Assembly (NCBI RefSeq): GCF_006345805.1
Contig: NC_043016.1
Location: 28,582,039-28,646,000, forward strand
DNA length: 63,962 nt
DNA from: Octopus sinensis
Taxonomy: Eukaryota
Direction: 5' to 3'
Made by a program: the position numbers and the translations under genes
Shown here: positions 13,771 through 24,600 of the stretch, one piece after another
Layout of the letters: the number at the start of each line of letters is the position of its first letter
Numbering within the stretch: position 1 is the first letter of the stretch
Notes under the pieces: model-generated
The model's database searches: none
What the model was told of the DNA's origin: nothing
Seen by the model: the letters and a program-made list of their open reading frames with translations, nothing else

Positions 13771-15210
13771 TTATTATGTCATCCCATAAATAATGCAGTT
13801 TTTTTAATTGCATGAACTAAAAGTCAGAGGGGGACAGGATAAACTGCCTGCATCATTTCTATATATATAAAAGGCAGTTTGTCTGTCTGTCTGTGTGTCT
13901 GTCAGGTTGTACCCTCACCCTGACCACGGCTTTCAACCAATTCTGATGAAACTTAAGACAAACATAGCCCAATGTCATAATTCAAAACTAATGCAGCGAA
14001 AATTTTGAAAAGTTCCTCCAGTTCTGAAAATAATTGATAAATTCGACATGGGGTCGAGAATCTAAGCTTATCATATGCAACACATTTTCCGTTGTAGTTT
14101 TCGCAACTTGCTATCGATTTTCACCAAACTCATGGTGAAGCTTAATGTTACCCTAAGGAACTTAATTCTGACGTTAGTTTTCCATGCAATACCTTACCAT
14201 CAGAAAAAAATCAATAAAATCATGCCATTTTGGGAAATCGCGTTCAAATTCAAGATGACATATTCTGACAATATCTTTAACAAGTTGGCAAGAATTTTTT
14301 TTGAAATTCACAGCGAGCATCATGATCTGCTCCAAGGAGCTATATGGCCCTTTCGATTCCAATAGGATACGTTATTACTGGAAAAAAATCGGTTAATTAC
14401 ATCATATGTGGCACACATAGCAAACCAATTTTTCTGCGATATTTTTTGAAAGTTCACAGATTTTCCTTACACCGATGTTGGACATCAAGTTTGCATTAAA
14501 TGTCAAACTAACGACCTTTTGTCAATGCAGTTAACAACTATTGGGAGAAATCGACAAAACCATATCACTTTGAGACCGACCATGCGAATCCTACAAAACT
14601 GACTTTTGTTAAATAGTTGGCGGATTTCAGGCGATTTAGTCGATTTTTGCCGCTTTTATCATAAAGAAATGGCATATGTTTTTCTTTTGCTTCAAATCCG
14701 AGCAATGTTGGGCTGTAGTCATGCATGCAAGGGAACGGTGCCTTGAATGCCTTAATGCCTTTTAGGCTTCATTTTTCAAAATAACGGTTCAATGAGTACA
14801 AAAAAGGGTAAAAAGGTAAAGGGCATTGCTTATCGACAAAGTTTCTTACATACCCGGGCAATGCCGGGCTATGCTGCTAGTCTTACTATAAAAGCAGGTA
14901 GTGATTTTACCTTATCCGTATTCTTATTGCAAGTTTTGAAGAGTGCAATTTGATTTTAACAGTTATTTTTTCAAAGCTATAATGGACGTGACAAAGGAGC
15001 AATATTCAACATATTTTGCATTATGTGTTCAATAAAGGCAATGATGCAATGGAAAGTGCAAGGAATACTAATGCAGTATATGGGGATCGGACAATAAGCA
15101 TATGCCAGTGTCAATGGTGGTTCCAGAAATTCCAAGCTGGAAACTACATCCTGGAAGACAATCCTTGTCCTGGAAGATCTGTAGAGTTTAATGAGGACGT
15201 CCGGCAAACT
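13771..15210 (+). mobile_element. 5' portion of a mariner transposon (TIR-like end, frameshifted N-terminal HTH), interrupted by a Helitron
   Basis: TIR-like ttattatgtcatcccataaataatgcagtt; ATG at 14982 with a +1 shift gives MDVTKEQ/IQHILHYVFNKGNDAMESARNTNAVYG...WWFQKFQAGNYILEDNPCPGRS. Confidence 0.8.
13858..14880 (+). mobile_element. Non-autonomous Helitron (~1.02 kb)
   Basis: 5' TCTATATATATAAAA then (GTCT)n; 3' hairpin cccgggcaatgccggg followed by CTAG; CpG-retaining interior suggests a young insertion. Confidence 0.85.
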
Positions 15211-15781
15211 TTTATTTTTATTCTTCTTCAAATGCCATAAATATTTATTCTATAAAAATACAAAGAAAGTGTTTTATATTTGTTTTTTATTTCTTTATTT
15301 ATTAATTGACATATAGATAACTAAGTTGGTGAAGCATCAGACTAGATATTTAGTTTTGTGCCGCTTAGTTTTTGATTTCAAATTCATTTGACTTTTTGAC
15401 TTTAACTTTCGTCCCTCCAAGAGTTGAAATATGTACCAGTAAGTAATACATAAGGGGTATTCAACCTATGTTCAGTGATAGGAAATACTTAAAACTATGA
15501 CACTGTTTCTTCTGTCTCAAATGTTGGTTTCAATATATTGTTTGAAATACTAGCAAATATTTGAGAACTAACAATTCGTTACTTGTAACAGTAGCAGTAA
15601 TTAGTTCAAAATAGCAATCTGTATATCATACTTAAAGTAGACACACCCTTGAAAGCCTAATTGTGATATTTTCTTGAGATAATATGCCTAATAGATGTAC
15701 AGTGTTAAATAAAACGGCGGTGCATCAGCATGGCCGCAGCTCTGAGCTGAAACGTTAAAAAAAAAAATACATCATTAGCAG

Positions 15782-15850
15782 ACCAAAATTCAGCAGCAGT
15801 GGTGACATTGCTAAATATGTGGATTTCTACCCCTTTGGACTTCTTCAGTA
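15782..15850 (+). CDS. Candidate exon 4 (DQNSAAVVTLLNMWISTPLDFFS), phase 1 to 1
   Basis: tagcag NAGNAG acceptor with a weak A-rich tract; gtaagt donor; open in the required frame. Confidence 0.4.
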
Positions 15851-16018
15851 GTAAGTATCCACTGACAATGACATGCTAAGACAAAATCTGCCATTAGGAG
15901 TTTCATTGCAATTAACTATACTGGTCATCTTTTCACTGCCTTACTGTATCTACTCTTCTGTGGTTTTCTTTCTTAACATGTCTTACATATTTTTGTTGCT
16001 GTACTATATATTATTCAG

Positions 16019-16083
16019 CACCTTTTGCTTGTTTTCTGATAATATTGGAGGAGGTTTATGTCATAACTGACTTCACTAAATAA
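16019..16083 (+). CDS. Candidate terminal exon 5 (TPFACFLIILEEVYVITDFTK*)
   Basis: tattattcag acceptor after a 168-nt gtaagt intron; TAA at 16081-16083; ATTAAA at 16133. An internal phase-0 donor (GAG|gtttat after 16053) is also possible. Confidence 0.4.
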
Positions 16084-17249
16084 TAACATTTTACAAACAT
16101 CATTGAGCCATTAGTGGGATACAGCTAACATAATTAAATGCTTGTAATGTGTGTGTAAGATGAGGAATAATAATAATTTTATTAGCCACATAGATGAGTG
16201 GGGGATGTCTCAAGTATGGTCAATAGTTTGTTGGATGTTTACATAAAAGACAAGGAGAAGAAAATGGAAAAGATGTTGAAATTTGACAAAACTAGAAACT
16301 CCAACTGGGGCTAACTAAGGAATTCCACAGATCCAGTATTATTCCGACTACCAAAGGCATGAACCTTCACCCAAGTGTTCTCTCTGCTTAGAGTAGGGCC
16401 ATTTACCCTGACCATTTTTGCTACAGTCACTGTTTATCTACATAAATTCACTAGAAAATAACACTCCCACTTTCCTTCCCAAATGGAACTTAAAAGAAGT
16501 TGATGAGGGCTTGACTGAAGAGGAAAGAGGTTTTCTTCAATCCTTTCAGCCTTGTTCACCACACATAGCCCCTACCACCATCACCTCATATGGACATGTC
16601 CCCTCTCTTTTCAATCAAAATAGGTTAATGGGCTAAGGAATTTCAGTTTGGAGTTTAAGAAACAAAATACAGTTACATGAAGGAAAACAAGTTAGATATA
16701 ATCTAGATAAATGCAGGTATATCAAATACCATACAACATGAATTCTTGCCTTATTGAAATTATCTTTGTCTCTAGAGAATGTATCTTAATTATCAAATGG
16801 CAATTAAGACCAGCTTTATATGAGCTTCTCAAAAGTAGCTGATTTTAATTGCTATTGGTAATTATGATAAATCCAGTAGAGGCAGATATAATTTTAATAA
16901 AGCAAGAATTTATGTTGTATAGTTTTTGAAATGACTGTTTGTCTATGTTATTCAAATACATACCACTGGACTCTCTGAGTTATTTCTCTTAGCTCATTTT
17001 TGTTTATATGTAATCTACATTGGCACCAATTTACACCTGTTTATTTAGAAGTAAAGTATGACATAGAGAATTGGTGTGTGTTCTAAAGGGTGAAGTCTGC
17101 AAAGTATTGATGACTTTTGTGGTTGTAAAAGCATACTAAGGTAACAACAAGAAGACCAATGTTTATGTTTCTGTATGACAAGGATGAAAGTGGTAAAGTA
17201 TTTTATATCACAAAGCTTGTGTATTTGTATAGAGCTGGAGACAAAAGTA

Positions 17250-17470
17250 CAATTGTTTCAGTAGAGAAGAGGTATAGGTGTGTTATTTGAGCTGCTGTTG
17301 TTTGAATGAATGGGATAGCAAGAACAAAGGGCAGCTCTAGAGTTTAATATAAACACCATTATCAGAATAGGAAGGCTTTGATTCCATAGCACTGACTGAT
17401 ATTCCCACTTTCCCCTATTCACTGTAACACTCCCTCTTTTTGTATTGAATCTATCTGTTTCCAAGCCTCC
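17250..17470 (-). mobile_element. Possible CR1/L2-like AP-endonuclease remnant
   Basis: TDRFNTKRGSV resembles DR..RGGGV; SCYPIHSN resembles G.CYRPP. Confidence 0.35.
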
Positions 17471-17879
17471 TCACCACCATCTCTATCGCTCTATCTTAAG
17501 GCCCAAAAGAACTTAGAAGTTCTTTTGGGTCTGTTTTTACTCAAACACTCTTTTTCATTATTCAATCTTACCAAATATCCATTATTTGCACTGTCCTTCT
17601 TCTATTGCGCTCTCTCTCTCTCTCCCTCCCCCCATCATACTTTAGCTCTCCTCTCCCATTCATTCTAATTTTTCTTTTATCATCAATCTCTCTATTTTTC
17701 ATCTTCTAGAGCTAAGCTTTGAACAAATGAATACCTCATAGAATAATGAGAACTGTTTAATGCTGCAGGGTACAAAGCAACCTCACTAGAATTGGTGCCA
17801 TGATAAAATGCACCCAGTACACTCTTTAAAGTGGTTTGAAAATGAACAGAGATAACGCCTCTTGTGCTGGTTGCTTGCT

Positions 17880-18050
17880 TCATGCTCTTGTTTGATGAGG
17901 TTGGGCAGGGGTCATACTAGGTTAGTGGTCCCAGAAGTGTCATCATACATAGAGCTGGCCAGGTCCATCAGTGCTCTCCATTGCTGAAAGTCCTGTGCCA
18001 GTCCATCCACATCTTGCCAATTCCTCTGCATCCTGCCAGCCCCTCTGCAT
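17880..18050 (-). mobile_element. RTE-like ORF2 C-terminal remnant
   Basis: WQDVDGLAQDFQQWRAL resembles W....LAQDR..WR. Confidence 0.45.
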
Positions 18051-18948
18051 CCTCTTGGGCCTGGCCTTGTCATGGTGAAGGAGCTTGTGTGTTCCATAGA
18101 CCCAAGAGAGCATTATCATCTGGAGCCTTACTCTTGGTAGAGCTACCCTAGGGAGGCCTGTCTTCCACGGAGGTTCCAGATTAACAGTGGCCCATGGTAT
18201 GTCAGCTCATTGTCAAGATGGCAGCCCCATCATCTGACTGTTCTATGGAGGACCAGCAACCTACTCAGAAGAACCCTCAACCTGTTATGACACCGATCAG
18301 AAGAAACCAGACTAGTGCCGGTGCTACTACTGTTTAGTAGTTGATGTTAAGAAGGGACTCTTCCTATTCTAAGCAACTAAAAAGTGAAATGTACAAATAA
18401 GATGTGACATCTGATCCACTTAGTAGGGTACTATCTCTGAATAAGAACTGGCTTGCATTATGACAACTTCTCCAACCCATGCCAGCATGAAAAATGGACA
18501 AAAAATAATGATTGTTGAGTAAAACAAAAATAAAGGTGATGAAAGCTATTGGTTAATGAGAAGTTATTAACCAATGAGAGACATTGAAGACCTCAGGTTT
18601 TGGTTGGTATTGTTCTAGGTGTTGGCTTAATTTATATAGATTTTTTAGGTAGGTACTAGTTGCTAATGACTGACTTAAAAAGAGGAATGTAAGAGTGTTT
18701 GGTAAGAACAAGAGGCCAGATAAAAGCACCGCAGTTTTGACAGTGGTGGCTGGAATGGAACACGGTCAAATTATGTTGCAGTTGGCAGGTAGTTGCATCT
18801 AGTAATGCGGAGTGTATAGAATTGAGTTAGTACCAATGAAGGATATATCATCATTACCATCGTCATCACTGCTGCTGCTGCCACCACCATTATTGCCACC
18901 ACCACCACCACCACCACCATTATCATTTTCATTGTCATCATTACCATC

Positions 18949-19162
18949 TCTTTACTCTTTACTCTTTTACTTGTTTCAGTCATTTGACTGCGGCCATGCT
19001 GGAGCACCGCCTTTAGTCGAGCAAATCGACCCCGGGACTTATTCTTTGTAAGCCCAGTACTTATTCTATCGGTCTCTTTTGCCGAACCGCTAAGTTACGG
19101 GGACGTAAACACTCCAGCATCGGTTGTCAAACAATGCTAGGGGGACAAACACAGACACACAA

Positions 19163-19197
<35 letters not shown>

Positions 19198-19372
19198 CAC
19201 ATATATATGACAGGCTTCTTTCAGTTTCCGTCTACCAAATCCACTCACAAGGCATTGGTCGGCCTGGGGCTATAGCAGAAGACACTTGCCCAAGATGACA
19301 CGCAGTGGGACTGAACCCGGAACCATGTGGCTGGTAAGCAAGCTACTTACCACACAGCCACTCCTGCGCCTA
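18949..19372 (-). mobile_element. Full-length SINE family A (tRNA-like head, CORE-like cttgggcaagtg, internal TA/CA microsatellite, (GAGTAAA)n tail)
   Basis: Collinear copies at 33326-33787, 38540-38911 and 47788-48193; ends 73 nt before HERC2 exon A. Confidence 0.9.
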
Positions 19373-19444
19373 TTTTATATATATATCATTTATATATTCA
19401 TTGATTTATTTTTAATACTTTGTTTTCAAATCATTATTTTTCAG

Positions 19445-19562
19445 GATGTTTTTGTTCGTGAAGGTCTAAGCCGGTTATGGAATGACTTGGTTTGTAATGG
19501 AGAGTTGATTAGCGGTGCAGCTAAAGATGTCATCCACGTAGCTGGCGTCTTAGCTAAAAAAG
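19445..19562 (+). CDS. HERC2: HERC2 exon A ([21 protein letters not shown]...LAKK), phase 0 to 1
   Basis: ttttcag acceptor, gtaagt donor; resembles human LAFTRDGLCGLWNEMVKDGEI. Confidence 0.9.
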
Positions 19563-21580
19563 GTAAGTCTCTTTAATTTTTGAATGTTTACCATTAATGT
19601 TTGATTTTTGTTTGTTTACTATCCAAGAGGTTTTTTTTTTTTTTCATTTGGACAATAAGAATATTTTTCTCTGTTCTTTAAGTTGACTCAGCTTTGCCCT
19701 ACCAAAGTTAAAAATTCCATATTTAAACACTTCACTCCTGAATTTGTTAGTTTAACCATTCTGCTGGCCTTTTGTGTAAATCATAATCTTTTGTTGTTGT
19801 TTTTAAAGCGTTTCTTGTTATCACAGGTGAATCTGGTTTGTATTTCTGTGGAAGTGCTACATCTGGTTGTACTGAAGATACATGTCAACCAGATTATGGA
19901 TGTAATTGTGCACCTTGTCAATATCTTGACCATACTGACCAGGAAGAGAAGGAAAAAGAAATCAGAAGAACCAAAATTGCGACTTCTATGATTGATTCTT
20001 GGACTTGGGATTCACAACCAGGTTGGTATTTTCTGTACTTCTTTATAGACAATCACTGATATTTATGTTGTATTCTTTTGTCTATAGAAGCGAGTATACC
20101 CAAAGTCTTCTTTGTCTTTGCTAGATATTCTAGTCAGAGGAGAAGGAGGAATCATTGAAGAATAGTAACCATTGTCAAACGAGTGAAGGTGGGGGTTGAT
20201 GTTTGAATTGAACTTCTCTCAATTCATTTCTACTGCAGGTAGAACGTAGAACATGTTGAAATAGTAAACTTATGTAGGAATATAAAATATTTATCAAAGA
20301 GTTTTAGAGTGATGCTGTCTTGAAAAGATTGAGAGAATATAATGTGAAGTGAGCATGAGTAAGGGATATTAGTATTGGGAGAAGGATGATGAAAAAATAA
20401 CAAACAATACAAAACAACTGATGAGCAACTATATATAAACCAATATTACACCTTTTACCCTACAGCTATGCTGTGCCTTCCCACTCTGAACTAGCTGCTT
20501 AACATTTTCATGCTGACCCATACTATCTGTGCCCCATACCATCTCCTTGCACCTGTCCATACCAGCTCTACATTGGCACCTACTATCCCCATGCACCAGT
20601 CTATACCATCTCCATACACCAGTCCATACCATCTCCATACACCAGTCCATACCATCTCCATACACCAGTCTATACCATCTCCATACACCAGTCCATACCA
20701 TCTCTGCACACCAGCCCATACCATCTCTGCACATCAGCCTGTACCATCTATGTACATCAATCCATACTATCTCCATGCACTGGCCCCTCCAACACATCTG
20801 TCTCAGTTTCTTATGTCCTCCAACTCCACCCCATCCTATGCCTCGTCCCATTCCAGAGCATTATCATCATTCTGGTCTGCACTCCATGATCATGTTTTAC
20901 CTGCATGCACCAACTATATCAATGTCACTTGTGTCAGATGATCAGTGAAGGTTAGTCATGTTTTTTGCCACTTCTTCCTGTCTTAAAACACTTTAGCACT
21001 TTAACTGGTATAATCCAGCCCAAATATTTATGTTTTATGTTCAAATTAGCCAGACCGGGCCTCTCACACTTGTCACTACAATGTCACTCTAAAACATAAA
21101 CAATCACATTAAAATATCAGTGCTACCAAATAATGCATGGTTAATTTAAAACATTATGAATAAATAAAGATCCCATTTGACAGAATAATCTGAATGCTAA
21201 AACATTAAACCATAAATCTGAAAAAATCAAACAAGAGAAAAGAACAAAATTTTATACTGTTTATATGGAGAAAGTGTGAGAATTGAGAAATTCTGAGGAT
21301 GCAGAGGCCTTTGGTTTAGTTGTGAAAGAAGTGAATCAAGTAAACTATTTGATAATGTTAGAAACTACAGATTTTCTAATATAAAGAAAAATTGTTGTGC
21401 AATCTGCTGGATGGTTGGTGCTAGGCAGCCCAGTGCAATCTTCTACTAAGCCAGTTTCTGTCAAACCATCTAACCCATGCTAACATGGAAAGTGGATGTT
21501 AAATGGTGATGTTGGTGATGATTACATCATAAGAATTTGGAAACTTCAAGAGACTGTATATATAAATATATGTATATATG

Positions 21581-21653
<73 letters not shown>

Positions 21654-24600
21654 CCATATATATACATACATATATACTCACGGAGTGGTTGGCGTTAGGA
21701 AGGGCATCCAGCCGTAGAAACACTGCCAGATCTGACTGGGCCTGATGAAGCCTTCCGGCTTCACAGACCCCAGTTGAACCGTCCAACCCATGCTAGCATG
21801 GAAAACGGACGCTAAATGATGATGATGATGATACATGTATACATAATAAAATGAATTTGATTTAAAATTATATCGAGCTAAAATTAATTCTATTTAAAAA
21901 TATAGTCACTCATCAGGTCTAAAATAATAAATAATAAAAAAAATAATAATAGAATAAATGTACTTATACTAATCATCAAATAAATGTATAAAAATACATG
22001 TATTAACTATAAATAATCAAAAAGCATTTAACAATATTTCTTAAAATAAAAATATAACTTATCAAAGGATATTCATTAACTAAAAATTTAAACGTAATAT
22101 GTAGAACTTCGAGTTTATAAGAAATATATTGTGTGAAAATATGGCGTAAATAGAATTTATAGAAGAAATAGATAGAAATATGTATTTAAACTATTAAAAT
22201 TACAAATGTATTTTAGCTGTGAGAATAAGAAAAATAAATTAACTTTAATATACAATTTACTGGAAAAATTGTGAAGTCTAAATAACTTAAATATTAAATA
22301 TGTAAAATACATACTATAATAAACATAAATTAAGCTAAAATTCTATAATTCTTGTAGATCTAACCTTACCCTTTCTTCAGAAGTCTTTAGTCATCACCAT
22401 CATCTATCATTTTCAAACCAACTAGTTTACTGATCATAAATAAGTACCATTTATAGTATGTCACCAATATTTTCAAAAGTTTCATATTCACTTTTATTTT
22501 TTGTAATCAATATTTTATTTCATTTTGCTCCAGTTCACTCAGCTGTAGAAATGAGTTGCGACATCACGGGTGTCAAGCTGTATCAGCCTTTGCTTTTCCC
22601 TGGAATAACATTGGTGCTCTGGAGAGGAGAGGCTGATATGCATGGATGACTGCTGGTCTTCCATAAACAGCCTTGCCCAGACTTGCGCCTCAGAGGGGGA
22701 CTTTCTAGGTGCAATCACATGGTCATTCATGACTGAAGGGTGTCTTTACCCTTCACCCTAATCAGTACTACATAAAGAGTGACTATCTTTTTTAAAATGT
22801 ATGGCTAAATTTATTGATTGAAGGGTACTATCAATATCTACTGCTAATCAGGTAATTCTTATTTTAATTGCAATTCTTATTTATCTCTTTTTTAATGACA
22901 ATTCTTTTTTTTTTCTACAGATATAAACCAATTAAAAGACTGCTTAGAAACTCTGCTTTATGAACACCACCAATTCTCAGTGGGAGCAACATCAACAACC
23001 CTGTCTAGTGTTAAATTGTTACAGAGACTTGTAATACTCGAAAGATATCTAATTGCACTTTCCAGACATTCACAAAATGAAGGGAAAGCACCTCTAAGAA
23101 AGAAGCAAGCAGACCAAACAAATCTAAATAAACAGAAAGGGTAGGCTGGAAAACTAGTTTCATTTTTTTAATTTAAAACTTTGTTCTTACATTTTTATCT
23201 CCAAGTGTTCTTATATAAGTAACTACTACCATAACTGTGGGTTAGTTATTACCTTGTGAGTGCAACTTGTCTGTCCTTGTTTGTCCCCTCTGTGTTTAGC
23301 CCCTTATGGGTAGTAAAGAAATAGGTATTTTGTCTGCCGCTACGATATCTCCCAGACAGCAATACTCAACAATTCACGCAGGTAAAGAGTTATTGAGTAT
23401 TGCTGTCTTATATCTTATAGTAGTAGAATAGTAGTTTTTAACTGCTATTTCTAAATTTCGGTATGTAGTGAAGCAAATTTTGCTGAACCCTAATTATAAT
23501 TATACTCATAATTATAGATTTTTTGTATAAGTTTACCGATAATGGTTCTTTTAACACACTGAACTACTTGGTAAAATTTTTAATTATTAATTAATTTTAC
23601 CCTTTGTTATTATTGATATATATATATATATATAATACTTTTGTTTTTACCCTTTTTCTACAGATCTGCCAAACCAACAGAAAAAGCAACACATGGACTC
23701 GCACGTGTGGGATCAAGAGCTGCCCTTAGTTTTGCATTTGCATTCTTGTATCGAGCATGGCGTAGTGGTGAAGATTCTGATCTTTGTAGTGAATTACTAC
23801 AAGAATCTCTAGATGCACTTAGATCACTACCTGAAGCCACTCTTTTTGACGAGAGTTCTGTTTCTCCAGTTTGGCTTGAAGTTGTTGAAAGAGCATCTAA
23901 ATTTTTACATTCCGTTGTGGCAGGGTAAGTGTGAGAGTTCATTTTTCTTCATCGTTGAATTAAATATTAAGTTCTCTGAGTGAACAAGGAAGATTATTTT
24001 GCAGTCGTTCAACCTGCTGAAAATATCAGTCAAATCTCATTCATCATTGGATGTAGGACACGTTGGATAATGTAAGCCTTGACTGAGAAAATAAAAAGGG
24101 CTGGTCGCAACTGGAACATCTTTGATTATAAGTCTGTTTGGATCTGAGATAATCTGGTATTAAACAACAAGAACAACAATTACTATAGCTTTTAACACTA
24201 ACTGCTATATTGTACATTAGACAACATAGTCCTAGATACATTTTGTCTGAATAAAAGATGGGATGGTCACAGCTGGAACATCTTTGATTATAGGCTTAAT
24301 GGATGAAGAATGACCTGGGTTAAATTACTATAGTCATTAATACTAACTACTATATTATACATTATATAATGTCATCCTAGATACACTATGTTTGAATAAA
24401 AGTTGAGATGGTCTCAGATGGAATATCTTCAATCATAGGTCTGCTGGATCAGGACTGACCTGGTGCTAAACAATAATATAATGATTTCTTAGAGGAATAA
24501 TTAGATATTAAAACCTTCATACTGTGTTCAGTCCTAGTCAGGGTGTTAAAGGAAAGATGTTAAAATCAGGAACTGAAGTCTTGTGAGGGACTGCCAGAAG

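Noticed and set aside
16427-16530. Open segment after ctacag (SLFIYINSLENN...)
   Set aside because: Weak donor, no homology, not needed by either gene model.
20429-20948. Four overlapping 77-143 aa ORFs on both strands
   Set aside because: Artefact of the stop-poor 23-bp minisatellite.
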